The translations under genes were made by a program, and so were the position numbers. Shown one piece after another: positions 1 through 14,500 of a stretch of 64,000 nt of DNA (position 1 is the first letter of the stretch; each line of letters opens with the position of its first letter). The notes beneath the pieces were generated by a model. It saw only the letters and a program-made list of their open reading frames with translations. It was not told the origin of the DNA and made no database searches. The stretch is taken from NCBI GenBank assembly GCA_036172245.1, contig JAYWIR010000125.1:1-64000 (forward strand). Direction: 5' to 3'. Origin of the DNA: Raillietiella orientalis. Its lineage: Eukaryota.

Positions 1-1106
1 GTGTTGCAACATGTGGTCTCATGATAGCTTGCGAAAAAGTCAATAGTTTGAAATTTTATTCATTGTCAAGGAAACCAATGTTGCAATCCAAAGAGCCATG
101 ATTGAGATTAATTGTATTTCAGAAAATAACATATTTTCGCATGTGTTCAAAATTATGTTTACCATTGCAAAAAGCCTTGGTGTCTTACTTACATACAGGA
201 AAATTGACGTTGCCGACAATGGAAAAGACGAAAAAGTGGTAATCAGAGGTTTCAAAACACATTTGAATATGGTGTGAAAAGTTAAAGACGGAGCGTCTGA
301 AGATGCCAGAAGAGGATATAGAAGCTTCGTTTGGTTTGCTGTTCTCATGCGAAGCAGCTGTACGTACAACAGATTATACTATAAATTCAATCGGCATTAA
401 CAAACCGAGAATACGTTCTGTTGTGTAGCAAGCACTTGCAAGCAAATCAACATTTCAACCTCTGCACACGCATGACAACCGCGTTATACGAAGTTCGTTA
501 AGATTAGCAGTGCTTATGGAAGGATAAAAAAACAGCTTTGAAAATGCATAGATGATCCTAATCCTAGGTGTGCGTATAGTGGTTTGCAAACAGAAGCACT
601 TTCTGTTAAGGATGAAAGGCATGAAGCAGACCATTAGAAAAGAATTCACGACATTAGTTTTAAAAGGCATTGTAGATAGCACCAAAATTGGCGAAGAAGT
701 GGTTGCCGAATGGTCGTCGATACGAAATATGCAACTGGTACACTCATGTCAAAGAGTCGGTTTTTACAGTTTCATATTTTGAAATCTCGTAACTCAATTC
801 TGGTAGCAAGAATGGAATTCTGAGATCGGATCTCTTATGTCTAATCATGTTGGCATCTAAGGTGTACACAATGGATCCAGTTGAAGACGATCAAAGAAGA
901 GAGCAATGCTGCAATTTGTCGGAAACCTTTCCTCTTTCTTCATATTGTTAGTGACTTCTGCAGGGAATTTGATCTGCCGTGAATATTGATATCTTTAGAT
1001 GGCTTGGTTTGTTGTTGCAGGGTCAGCAAAATACGCGTTCCACAATAGAGTATCCATCTTCATACTGCATACATTTTCTCCGTTAACATGTGAATTGGAA
1101 AAAATA
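1..1106. repeat. Reference monomer (common A type), 1106 bp, ~37% GC
   Basis: First full period. GC counted by hand over the first 600 bp is 225/600. It carries single HindIII, BamHI, AvrII, PvuII, MluI and EcoRV sites and two EcoRI sites. No internal shorter sub-period is evident. The phase is arbitrary (window start). Confidence 0.95.
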
Positions 1107-4100
1107 GTGTTGCAACATGTGGTCTCATGATAGCTTGCGAAAAAGTCAATAGTTTGAAATTTTATTCATTGTCAAGGAAACCAATGTTGCAATCCAAAGA
1201 GCCATGATTGAGATTAATTGTATTTCAGAAAATAACATATTTTCGCATATGTTCAAAATTATGTTTACCATTGCAAAAAGCCTTGGTGTCTTACTTACAT
1301 ACAAGAAAATTGACGTTGCCGACAATGGAAAAGACGAAAAAGTGGTAATCAGAGGTTTCAAAACACATTTGAATATGGTGTGAAAAGTTAAAGACGGAGC
1401 GTCTGAAGATGCCAGAAGAGGATATAGAAGCTTCGTTTGGTTTGCTGTTCTCATGCAGAAGTCAGATGTAGGTTGACTATTATACTATAAATTCAATCGG
1501 CATTAACAAACTGAGAATACGTTCTGTTGTGTAGCAAGCACTTGCAAGTAAATCAACATTCAACCTCTGATCAAGTTTTAAAACGTTATACGAAGTTCGT
1601 TAAGATTAGCAGTGCTTATGGAAGGATAAAAAAACAGCTTTGAAAATGCATAGATGATCCTAATCCTAGGTGTGTAGTGGTTTGCAAACAGAAGCACTTT
1701 CTGTTAAGGATGAAAGGCATGAAGCAGACCATTAGAAAAGAATTCACGACATTAGTTTTAAAAGGCATTGTAGATAGCACCAAAATTGGCGAAGAAGTGG
1801 TTGCCGAATGGTCGTCGATACGAAATATGCAACTGGTACACTCATGTCAAAGAGTCGGTTTTTACAGTTTCATATTTTCAAATCTCGTAACTCAATTCTG
1901 GTAGAATGAATGGAATTCTGAGATCGGATCTCTTATGTCTAATCATGTTGGCATCTAAGATGTACACAATGGATCCAGTTGAAGACGATCAAAGAAGAGA
2001 GCAATGCTGCAATTTGTCGAAAACCTTTCCTCTTTCTTCATATTGTTAGTGACTTTTACAGGGAAATTGATCTGCCGTGAATATATATCTTTAGATGGCT
2101 TGGTTTGTTGTTGCAGGGTCAGCAAAATACGCGTTCCACAATAGAGTATCCATCTTCATACTGCATACATTTTCTCCGTTAACATGTGAATTGGAAAAAA
2201 TAGTGTTGCAACATGTGGTCTCATGATAGCTTGCGAAAAAGTCAATAGTTTGAAATTTTATTCATTGTCAAGGAAACCAATGTTGCAATCCAAAGAGCCA
2301 TGATTGAGATTAATTGTATTTCAGAAAATAACATATTTTCGCATGTGTTCAAAATTATGTTTACCATTGCAAAAAGCCTTGGTGTCTTACTTACATACAA
2401 GAAAATTGACGTTGCCGACAATGGAAAAGACGAAAAAGTGGTAATCAGAGGTTTCAAAACACATTTGAATATGGTGTGAAAAGTTAAAGACGAAGCGTCT
2501 GAAGATGCCAGAAGAGGATATAGAAGCTTCGTTTGGTTTGCTGTTCTCATGCGAAGCAGCTGTACATACAACAGATTATACTATAAATACAATCGGCATT
2601 AACAAACCGAGAATACGTTCTGTTGTGTAGCAAGCACTTGCAAGCAAATCAACATTTCAACCTCTGCACACGCATGACAACCGCGTTATACGAAGTTCGT
2701 TAAGATTAGCAGTGCTTATGGAAGGATAAAAAAACAGCTTTGAAAATGCATAGATGATCCTAATCCTAGGTGTGCGTATAGTGGTTTGCAAACAGAAGCA
2801 CTTTCTGTTAAGGATGAAAGGCATGAAGCAGACCATTAGAAAAGAATTCACGACATTAGTTTTAAAAGGTATTGTAGATAGCACCAAAATTGGCGAAGAA
2901 GTGGTTGCCGAATGGTCGTCGATACGAAATATGCAACTGGTACACTCATGTCAAAGAGTCGGTTTTTACAGTTTCATATTTTGAAATCTCGTAACTCAAT
3001 TCTGGTAGAAAGAATGGAATTCTGAGATCGGATCTCTTATGTCTAATCATGTTGGCATCTAAGGTGTACACAATGGATCCAGTTGAAGACGATCAAAGAA
3101 GAGAGCAATGCTGCAATTTGTCGGAAACCTTTCCTCTTTCTTCATATTGTTAGTGACTTCTTCAGGGAATTTGATCTGCCGTGAATATTGATATCTTTAG
3201 ATGGTTTGGTTTGTTGTTGCAGGGTCAGCAAAATACGCGTTCCACAATAGAGTATCCAACTTCATACTGCATACATTTTCTCCGTTAACATGTGAATTGC
3301 AAAAAATAGTGTTGCAACATGTGGTCTCATGATAGCTTGCGAAAATGTCAATAGTTTGAAATTTTATTCATTGTCAAGGAAACCAATGTTGCAATCCAAA
3401 GAGCCATGATTGAGATTAATTGTATTTCAGAAGATAACATATTTTCGCATGTGTTCAAAATTATGTTTACCATTGCAAAAAGCCTTGGTGTCTTACTTAC
3501 ATACAGGAAAATTGACGTTGCCGACAATGGAAAAGACGAAAAAGTGGTAATCAGAGGTTTCAAAACACATTTGAATATGGTGTGAAAAGTTAAAGACGAA
3601 GCGTCTGAAGATGCCAGAAGAGGATATAGAAGCTTCGTTTGGTTTGCTGTTCTCATGCGAAGCAGCTGTACGTACAACAGATTATACTATGAATTCAATC
3701 GGCATTAACAAACTGAGAATACGTTCTGTTGTGTAGCAAGCACTTGCAAGCAAATCAACATTTCAACCTCTGCACACGCATGACAACCGCGTTATACGAA
3801 GTTCGTTAAGATTAGCAGTGCTTATGGAAGGATAAAAAAACAGCTTTGAAAATGCATAGATGATCCTAATCCTAGGTGTGCGTATAGTGGTTTGCAAACA
3901 GAAGCACTTTCTGTTAAGGATGAAAGGCATGAAGCAGACCATTAGAAAAGAATTCACGACATTAGTTTTAAAAGGCATTGTAGATAGCACCAAAATTGGC
4001 GAAGAAGTGGTTGCCGAATGGTCGTCGATACGAAATATGCAACTGGTACACTCATGTCAAAGAGTCGGTTTTTACAGTTTCATATTTTGAAATCTCGTAA

Positions 4101-5518
4101 CTCAATTCTGGTAGAATGAATGGAATTCTGAGATCGGATCTCTTATGTCTAATCATGTTGGCATCTAAGATGTACACAATGGATCCAGTTGAAGACGATC
4201 AAAGAAGAGAGCAATGCTGCAATTTGTCGGAAACCTTTCCTCTTTCTTCATATTGTTAGTGACTTCTTCAGGGAAATTGATCTGCCGTGAATATATATCT
4301 TTAGATGGCTTGGTTTGTTGTTGCAGGGTCAGCAAAATACGCGTTCCACAATAGAGTATCCATCTTCATACTGCATACATTTTCTCCGTTAACATGTGAA
4401 TTGGAAAAAATAGTGTTGCAACATGTGGTCTCATGATAGTTTGCGAAAAAGTCAATAGTTTGAAATTTTATTCATTGTCAAGGAAACCAATGTTTCAATC
4501 CAAAGAGCCATGATTGAGATTAATTGTATTTCAGAAAATAACATATTTTCGCATGTGTTCAAAATTATGTTTACCATTGCAAAAAGCCTTGTTGTCTTAC
4601 TTACATACAAGAAAATTGACGTTGTCGACAATGGAAAAGACGAAAAAGTGGTAATCAGAGGTTTCAAAACACATTGGAATATGGTGTGAAAAGTTAAAGA
4701 CGGACCGTATGAAGATGCAACAAGAGGATATAGAAGCTTTGTTTCTTTTGCTGTTCTCATGCGAAGCAGCTGTACATACAGCAGATTATACTATAAATTC
4801 AATCGGCATTAACAAACCGAGAGTACGTTCTGTAGTGTAGCATGCAGTTGCAAGAAAATCAACATATCAACCTCTGCACACGCATGACAACCGCGTTATA
4901 CGAAGTTCGTTAAGATTAGCAGTGCTTAAGGAAGGATAAAAAAACAGCTTTGAAAATGCATAGATGATCCTAATCCTAGGTGTGCGTATAGTGGTGTGCA
5001 AACAGAAGTACTTTCTGTTATGGATGAAAGGCATGAAGCAGACCATTAGAAAAGAATTCACGACATTATTTTTAAAAGGCATTGTAGATAGCACCAAACT
5101 TGGCGAAGCAGTGGTTGCCGAATGGTCGTGGATACGAAATATGCAACTGGTACACTCATGTCAAAGAGTCGGTTTTTACAGTTTCATATTTTGAAATCTC
5201 GTAACTCAATTCTGGTAGCAAGAATGGAATTCTGAGATCGGATCTCTTATGTCTAATCATGTTGGCATCTAAGGTGTACACAATGGATCCAGTTGAAGAC
5301 GATCAAAGAAGAGAGCAATGCTGCAATTTGTCGGAAACCTTTCCTCTTTCTTCATATTGTTAGTGACTTCTGCAGGGAATTTGATCTGCCGTGAATATTG
5401 ATATCTTTAGATGGCTTGGTTTGTTGTTGCAGGGTCAGCAAAATACGCGTTCCACAATAGAGTATCCATCTTCATACTGCATACATTTTCTCCGTTAACA
5501 TGTGAATTGGAAAAAATA
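1..5518. repeat. Near-homogeneous block of 5 monomers with local diagnostic variants
   Basis: Monomers 1-4 share GTGGTTTGC, CTGTTAAGG and CATTAGTTTTA, which are not seen further right. Monomers 1-5 share GAATAT(TG)AT and GTTCCACAATAG. Confidence 0.8.
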
Positions 5519-8500
5519 GTGTTGCAACATGTGGTCTCATGATAGCTTGCGAAAAAGTCAATAGTTTGAAATTTTATTCATTGTCAAGGAAACCAATGTT
5601 GCAATCCAAAGAGCCATGATTGAGATTAATTGTATTTCAGAAAATAACATATTTTCGCATGTGTTCAAAATTATGTTTACCATTGCAAAAAGCCTTGGTG
5701 TCTTACTTCCATACAAGAAAATTGACGTAGCCGACAATGGAAAAGACGAAAAAGTGGTAATCAGAGGTTTCAAAACACATTGGAATATGGTGTGAAAAGT
5801 TAGACGGACCGTATGAAGATGCCACAAGAGGATATAGAAGCTTCGTTTCTTTTGCTGTTCTCATGCGAAGCAGCTGTACATACAGCAGATTATACTATAA
5901 ATTCAATCGGCATTAACAAACCGAGAATACGTTCTGTTGTGTAGCAAGCACTTGCAAGCAAATCAACATTTCAACCTCTGCACACGCATGACAACAGCGT
6001 TGTACGAAGTTCGTTAAGATTAGCAGTGCTTATGGAAGGATAAAAAAACAGCTTTGAAAATACATAGATGATCCTAATCCTATTTGTGCGTATAGTGGTG
6101 TGCAAACAGAAGCACTTTCTGTTATGGATGAAAGACATGAAGGAGACTATTACAAAAGAATTCACGACATTATTTATGAAAGGCATTGTAGATAGCACCA
6201 AAATTGGCGAAGCAGTGGTTACCGAATGGTCGTCGATACGAAATATGCAACTGGTACACTCATGTCAAAGTGTCGGTTCTTACAGTTTCATATTTTGAAA
6301 TCTCGTAACTGAATTCTGGTAGCAAGAATGATATTCTGAGATCGGATCTCATATGTGTAATCATGTTGGCATCTAAGGTGTACACAATGGATCCAGTTGA
6401 AGACGATCAAAGAAGAAAGCAATGCTCCAATTTGTCGGAAACCTTTCCTCTTTCTTCATATTGTTAGTGACTTCTGCAGGGAATTTGATCTGCCGTGAAA
6501 ATTGATATCTTTAGATGGCTTGGTTTGTTGTTGCAGGGTCAGCAAAATACGCGTTGCACAAAAGAGTATCCATCTGCATACTGCATACATTTTCTCCGTT
6601 AAGATGTGAATTGGAAAAAATAGTGTTGCAACATGTGGTCTCATGATAGCTTGCGATAAAGCCAATAGTTTGAAATTTTATTCATTGTCAAGGAAACCAA
6701 TGTTGCATTCCAAAGACCCATCATTGAGGTTGACCGTATTTCAGAAACGAAAGATATTTTCGCATGTGTTCAAAATTATGTTTACCATTGCAAAAAGCCT
6801 TGGTGTCTTACTTACATACAAGAAAATTGACGTTGCCGACAATGGAAAAGACAAAAAAGTGGTAATCAGAGGTTTCAAAACACATTTGAATATGGTGTGA
6901 AAAGTTAAAGACGGAGCGTCTGAAGATGCCAGAAGAGGATATAGAAGCTTCGTTTGGTTTGCTGTTCTCATGCGAAGCAGCTGTACATACAACAGATTAT
7001 ACTATAAATACAATCGGCATTAACAAACCGAGAATACGTTCTGTTGTGTAGCAAGCACTTGCAAGCAAATCAACATTTCAACCTCTGCACACGCATGACA
7101 ACCGCGTTATACGAAGTTCGTTAAGATTAGCAGTGCTTATGGAAGGATAAAAAAACAGCTTTGAAAATGCATAGATGATCCTAATCCTAGGTGTGCGTTT
7201 AGTGGTGTGCAAACAGGAGCACTTTCTGTTATGGATGAAAGGCATGAAGCAGAAAATTAGACAAGAATTCACGACATTATTTTTAAAAGGCATTGTAGAT
7301 AGCACCAAAATTGGCGAAGAAGTGGTTGCCGAATGGTCGTCGATACGAAATATGCAACTGGTACACTCATGTCAAAGAGTCGGTTTTTACAGTTTCATAT
7401 TTTGAAATCTCGTAACTCAATTCGGGTAGCAAGAATGGAATTCTGAGATCGGATCTGTTATGTCTAATCATGTTGGCATCTAAGGTGTACACAATGGATC
7501 CAGTTGAAGACGATCAAAGAAGAGAGCAATGCTGTAATTTGACGGAAAACTTTCCTCTTCTTTCATATTGTTAGTGACTTCTGCACGGAATTTGATCTGT
7601 CGTGAAAATTGATATCTTTAGATGGCTTGGTTTGTGGTTGCAGGGTGAGCAAAATTCGCGTTGCACAAAAGGGTATCCATCTGCATACTGCATACATTTT
7701 CTCCGTTAACATGTGAATTGGAAAAAATAGTGTTGCAACATGTGGTCTCATAATAGCTTGCGATAAAGCCAATAGTTTAAAATTTTATTCATTGTCAAGG
7801 AAACAAATGTTGCATTCCAAAGACCCATCATTGAGGTTGACCGTATTTCCCGAAAAAATGATATTTTCGCATGTGTTCCAAATTATGTTTAACACTGCAA
7901 AAAGCTTTGTGTGTCTTACTTCCATACAAGAAAATCGACGTTGCCCACAATGGAAAAGACGAAAAAGTGGAAAACAGAGGTTTCGAAACACATTGGAATA
8001 TGGTGTGAAATGTTAAAGACGGACCGTATGAAGATGCCACAAGAGGATATAGAAGCTTTGTTTCTTTTGCTGTTCTCATGCGAAGCAGCTGTACATACAA
8101 CAGATTATACTATAAATACAATCGGCATTAACAAACCGAGAATACGTTCTGTTGTGTAGCAAGCACTTGCAAGCAAATCAACATTTCAACCTCTGCACAC
8201 GCATGACAACCGCGTTATACGAAGTTCGTTAAGATTAGCAGTGCTTATGGAAGGATAAAAAAACAGCTTTGAAAATGCATAGATGATCCTAATCCTAGGT
8301 GTGCGTATAGTGGTGTGCAAACAGAAGCACTTTCTGTTATGGATGAAAGGCATGAAGCAGACCATTAGAAAAGAATTCACGACATTATTTTTAAAAGGCA
8401 TTGTAGATAGCACCAAAATTGGCGAAGAAGTGGTTGCCGAATGGTCGTCGATACGAAATATGCAACTGGTACACTCATGTCAAAGAGTCGGTTTTTACAG

Positions 8501-11500
8501 TTTCATATTTTGAAATCTCGTAACTCAATTCTGGTAGCAAGAATGGAATTCTGAGATCGGATCTCTTATGTCTAATCATGTTGGCATCTAAGGTGTACAC
8601 AATGGATCCAGTTGAAGACGATCAAAGAAGAGAGCAATGCTGCAATTTGTCGGAAACCTTTCCTCTTTCTTCATATTGTTAGTGACTTCTGCAGGGAATT
8701 TGATCTGCCGTGAAAATTGATATCTTTAGATGGCTTGGTTTGTTGTTGCAGGGTCAGCAAAATACGCGTTGCACAAAAGAGTATCCATTTGCATACTGCA
8801 TACATTTTCTCCGTTAACATGTGAATTGGAAAAAATAGTGTTGCAACATGTGGTCTCATGATAGCTTGCGAAAAAGTCAATAGTTTGAAATTTTATTCAT
8901 TGTCAAGGAAACCAATGTTGCAATCCAAAGAGCCATGATTGAGATTAATTGTATTTCAGAAAATAACATATTTTCGCATATGTTCAAAATTATGTTTACC
9001 ATTGCAAAAAGCCTTGGTGTCTTACTTACATACAGGAAAATTGACGTTGCCGACAATGGAAAAGACAAAAAAGTGGTAATCAGAGGTTTCAAAACACATT
9101 TGAATATGGTGTGAAAAGTTAAAGACGAAGCGTCTGAAGATGCCAGAAGAGGATATAGAAGCTTCGTTTGGTTTGCTGTTCTCATGCGAGGCAGCTGTAC
9201 ATACAACAGATTATGCTATAAATTCAATCGGCATTAACAAACCGAGAGCACGTTCTGTTGTGTAGCAAGCAGTTGCAAGCAAATCAACATTTCAACTTCT
9301 GCAAACGCATGACAACCGCGTTCTACGAAGTTCGTTGAGATTAGCAGTGCTTAAGGAAGGATAAAACAAAAGGTATGGATATGCATAGATGATACTAATC
9401 CTAGGTGTGCGCACAGTGGTGTGCAAACAAAAGGAATTTCTGTTATGGATAAAAGGCATGAAGCGGACCATTACAAAAGAAATCAAGACATTGTTTATGA
9501 AAGGCATTGTAGATAGCACCGAAATTGGCGAAGCAGTGGTTGCCTAATGGTCGTCGATACGAAATATGCAACTGGAACACTCATGTCAAAGAGTCGGTTT
9601 TTACAGTTTCATATTTTGAAATCTCGTAACTCAATTCTGGTAGCAAGAATGGAATTCTGAGATCGGATCTCTTATGTCTAATCATGTTGGCATCTAAGGT
9701 GTACACAATGGATCCAGTTGAAGACGATCAAAGAAGAGAGCAATGCTGCAATTTGTCGGAAACCTTTCCTCTTTCTTCATATTGTTAGTGACTTCTGCAG
9801 GGAATTTGATCTGCCGTGAAAATTGATATCTTTAGATGGCTTGGTTTGTTGTTGCAGGGTCAGCAAAATACGCGTTGCACAAAAGAGTATCCATTTGCAT
9901 ACTGCATACATTTTCTCCGTTAACATGTGAATTGGAAAAAATAGTGTTGCAACATGTGGTCTCATGATAGCTTGCGAAAAAGTCAATAGTTTGAAATTTT
10001 ATTCATTGTCAAGGAAACCAATGTTGCAATCCAAAGAGCCATGATTGAGATTAATTGTATTTCAGAAAATAACATATTTTCGCATATGTTCAAAATTATG
10101 TTTACCATTGCAAAAAGCCTTGGTGTCTTACTTACATACAGGAAAATTGACGTTGCCGACAATGGAAAAGACTAAAAAGTGGTAATCAGAGGTTTCAAAA
10201 CACATTGGAATATGGTGTGATAAGTTAAAGACGAAGCGTCTGAAGATGCCAGAAGAGGATATAGAAGCTTCGTTTGGTTTGCTGTTCTCATGCGAGGCAG
10301 CTGTACATACAACAGATTATACTATAAATTCAATCGGCATTAACAAACCGAGAGCACGTTCTGTTGTGTAGCAAGCAGTTGCAAGCAAATCAACATTTCA
10401 ACTTCTGCAAACGCATGACAACCGCGTTCTACGAAGTTCGTTGAGATTAGCAGTGCTTAAGGAAGGATAAAACAACAGGTATGGATATGCATAGATGATA
10501 CTAATCCTAGGTGTGCGCACAGTGGTGTGCAAACAAAAGGAATTTCTGTTATGGATAAAAGGCATGAAGCGGACCATTACAAAAGAAATCAAGACATTAT
10601 TTATGAAAGGCATTGTAGATAGCACCAAAATTGGCGAAGCAGTGGTTGCCTAGTGGTCGTCGATACGAAATATGCAACTGGAACACTCATGTCAAAGAGT
10701 CGGTTTTTACAGTTTCATATTTTGAAATCTCGTAACTCAATTCTGGTAGCAAGAATGGAATTCTGAGATCGGATCTCTTATGTCTAATCATGTTGGCATC
10801 TAAGGTGTACACAATGGATCCAGTTGAAGACGATCAAAGAAGAGAGCAATGCTGCAATTTGTCGGAAACCTTTCCTCTTTCTTCATATTGTTAGTGACTT
10901 CTGCAGGGAATTTGATCTGCCGTGAAAATTGATATCTTTAGATGGCTTGGTTTGTTGTTGCAGGGTCAGCAAAATACGCGTTGCACAAAAGAGTATGCAT
11001 CTGCATACTGCATACATTTTCTCCGTTAAGATGTGAATTGGAAAAAATAGTGTTGCAACATGTGTTCTCATTATAGCTTGCGATAAAGCCAATAGTTTGA
11101 AATTTTCTTCATATTCAAGGAAACCAATGTTGCATTCCAAATAGCCATTATTGAGATTCATTGCATTTCAGAAACAAAAGATATTTTCGCATGTGTTCCA
11201 AATTATGTTCACCACTGCAAAAAGCCTTGTGTGTCTTACTTCCATACAAGAAAATCGACGTTGCCCACAATGGAAAAGAGGACAAAGTGGAAATTAGAGG
11301 TTTCGAAACACATCGGAATATGGTGTGAAATGTTAAAGACGGAGCGTCTGAAGATGCCAGGAGAGGATATAGAAGCTTTGTTTCTTTTGCTGTTCTCATG
11401 CGAAGCAGCTGTACATACAGCAGATTATACTATAAATTCAATCAGCATTGACAAACCGAGAGCACGTTCTGTTGTGTAGCAAGCAGTTGCAAGCAAATCA

Positions 11501-14500
11501 ACATTTCAACTTCTGCAAACGCATGACAACCGCGTTCTACGAAGTTCGTTGAGATTAGCAGTGCTTAAGGAAGGATAAAACAACAGGTATGGATATGCAT
11601 AGATGATCCTAATCCTAGGTGTGCGCACAGTGGTGTGCAAACAAAAGGAATTTCTGTTATGGATAAAAGGCATGAAGCGGACCATTACAAAAGAAATCAA
11701 GACATTATTTATGAAAGGCATTGTAGATAGCACCAAAATTCGCGAAGCAGTGGTTGCCGAATGGTCGTCGATACGAAATATGCAACTGGTACACTCATGT
11801 CAAAGAGTCGGTTTTTACAGTTTCATATTTTCAAATCTCGTAACTCAATTCTGGTAGCAAGAGTGGAATTCTGAGATCGGATCTCTTATGTGTAATCATG
11901 TTGGCATCTAAGGTGTACACAATGGATACAGTTGAAGACGATCAAAGAAGAGAGCAATGCAGTATTTTGACGGAAACCTTTCCTCTTCCTTCATATTGTT
12001 AGTGACTTCTGAAAGGAATTTGATCTGTCGTGAAAATTGATATCTTTAGATTGCTTGGTTTGTTGTTGCAGGGTCAGCAAAATACGCGTTGCACAAAAGA
12101 GTATCCATCTGCATACTGCATACATTTTCTCCGTTAACATGTGAATTGGAAAAAATAGTGTGGCAACATGTGGTCTCATGATAGCTTGCGAAAAAGTCAA
12201 TAGATTGAAATTTTATTCATTGTCAAGGAAACCAATGTTGCAATCCAAAGAGCCGTGATTCAGATTAATTGTATTTCAGAAAATAACATATTTTCGCATG
12301 TGTTCAAAATGATGTTTACCATTGCAAAAAGCCTTGGTGTCTTACTTACATACAAGAAAATTGACGTTGCCGACAATTGAAAAGACGAAAAAGTGGTAAT
12401 CAGAGGTTTCAAAACACATTGGAATATTGTGTGAAAAGTTAAAGACGGAGCGTCTGAAGATGCCAGAAGAGGATATAGAAGCTTCGTTTGGTTTGCTGTT
12501 TTCATGCGAAGCAGCTGTACATACAACAGGTTATACTATAAATTCAATCGGCATTAACAAACCGAGAATACGTTCTGTTGTGTAGCAAGCACTTGCAAGC
12601 AAATCAACATTTCAACCTCTGCACACGCATGACAACCGCGTTATACGAAGTTCGTTAAGATTAGCAGTGCTTATGGAAGGATAAAAAAACAGCTTTGAAA
12701 ATGCATAGATGATCCTAATCCTAGGTGTGCGTATAGTGGTGTGCAAACAGAAGCACTTTCTGTTATGGATGAAAGGCATGAAGCAGACCATTAGAAAAGA
12801 ATTCACGACATTATTTTTAAAAGGCATTGTAGATAGCACCAAAATTGGCGAAGCAGTGGTTGCCGAATGGTCGTCGATACGAAATATGCAACTGGTACAC
12901 TCATGTCAAAGAGTCGGTTTTTACAGTTTCATATTTTGAAATCTCGTAACTCAATTCTGGTAGCAAGAATGGAATTCTGAGATCGGATCTCTTATGTCTA
13001 ATCATGTTGGCATCTAAGGTGTACACAATGGATCCAGTTGAAGACGATCAAAGAAGAGAGCAATGCTGTAATTTGACGGAAACCTTTCCTCTTTCTTCAT
13101 ATTGTTAGTGACTTCTGCAGGGAATTTGATCTGCCGTGAAAATTGATATCTTTAGATGGCTTGGTTTGTTGTTGCAGGGTCAGCAATATACGCGTTCCAC
13201 AATAGAGTATCCATCTGCATACTGCATACATTTTCTCCGTAAACATGTGAAATGAAAACAATAGCGTTGCAACATGTGGTCTATTGATACCTTGCGAAAA
13301 AATCAATAGTTTGAAATTTTATTCATTGTCAAGGAAACCAATGTTGCAATCCAAATAGCCATTATTGAGATTCATTGCATTTCAGAAACGAAAGATATTT
13401 TCGCATGTGTTCCAAATTATGTTTACCACTGCAAAAAGCCTTGTGTGTCTTACTTCCATACAAGAGAATCGACGTTGCCCACAATGGAAAAGACGACAAA
13501 GTGGAAATTAGAGGTTTCGAAACACATTGGAATATGGTGTGAAATGTTAAAGTCGGAGCGTCTGAAGATGCCAGAAGAGGATATAGAAGCTTTGTTTCTT
13601 TTGCCTTTCTCATGCGAAGCAGCTGTACATACAGCAGATTATACTTTAAATTCAATCGGCATTAACAAACCGAGAGCACGTTCTGTTGTGTAGCAAGCAG
13701 TTGCAAGCAAATCAACATTTCAACTTCTGCAAACGCATGACAACCGCGTTCTACGAAGTTCGTTGAGATTAGCAGTGCTTAAGGAAGGATAAAACAACAG
13801 GTATGGATATGCATAGATGATACTAATCCTAGGTGTGCGCACAGTGGTGTGCAAACAAAAGGAATTTCTGTTATGGATAAAAGGCATGAAGCGGACCATT
13901 ACAAAAGAAATCAAGACATTATTTATGAAAGGCATTGTAGATAGCACCAAAATTGGCGAAGCAGTGGTTGCCTTATGGTCGTCGATACGAAATATGCAAC
14001 TGGAACACTCATGTCAAAGAGTCGGTTTTTACAGTTTCATATTTTGAAATCTCGTAACTCAATTCTGGTAGCAAGAATGGAATTCTGAGATCGGATCTCT
14101 TATGTCTAATCATGTTGGCATCTAAGGTGTACACAATGGATCCAGTTGAAGACGATCAAAGAAGAGAGCAATGCTGTAATTTGACGGAAACCTTTCCTCT
14201 TCCTTCATATTGTTAGTGACTTCTGCACGGAATTTGATCTGTCGTGAAAATTGATATCTTTAGATGGCTTGGTTTGTTGTTGCAGGGTCAGCAAAATACG
14301 CTTTGCACAAAAGAGTATCCATCTTCATACTGCATACATTTTCTCCGTTAACATGTGAATTGGAAAAAATAGTGTTGCAACATGTGGTCTCATGATAGCT
14401 TGCGAAAAAGTCAATAGTTTGAAATTTTATTCATTGTCAAGGAAACCAATGTTGCAATCCAAAGAGCCATGATTGAGATTAATTGTATTTCAGAAAATAA

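Noticed and set aside
40..782. Recurrent 60-109 aa ORFs on both strands (e.g. 40-369 minus, 455-685 minus, 552-782 plus) as a tandem gene family
   Set aside because: They overlap antisense to each other, show no recognisable domain, and are freely broken by stops and frameshifts in sister monomers. Recurrence is simply due to the DNA repeat, and the period of 1106 is not a multiple of 3.
2..869. Short dyads in the monomer (TGTTGCAACA 2-11, TGTACGTACA 359-368, TTATA-C-TATAA 374-384, GCAAG-CA-CTTGC 428-439, ACGAA-G-TTCGT 488-498, GAGATC-G-GATCTC 822-834) as cruciform or centromere signals
   Set aside because: About 5 such dyads (arm >=5 bp, spacer 0-2) are expected by chance in 1.1 kb of this composition and 6 were seen. 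Most are disrupted in the D monomers.
298..1020. Internal similarities (TGAAGATGCCAGAAGAG ~298 vs TGAAGACGATCAAAGAAGAG ~882; GCTTCGTTTGGTTTGCTGTT ~324 vs GCTTGGTTTGTTGTT ~1002) as evidence the monomer is an ancient dimer
   Set aside because: The offsets are inconsistent (~584 vs ~678 bp), the matches are short and low-complexity, and the flanks do not align.
1..1106. Tandem 5S rDNA, spliced-leader, snRNA, tRNA or histone gene repeat (similar unit sizes are common)
   Set aside because: I found no recognisable 5S, nematode SL1, U1/U2, tRNA cloverleaf or histone sequence on either strand, and no gene-sized block is conserved against a variable spacer. An Rfam cmscan would be the formal test.
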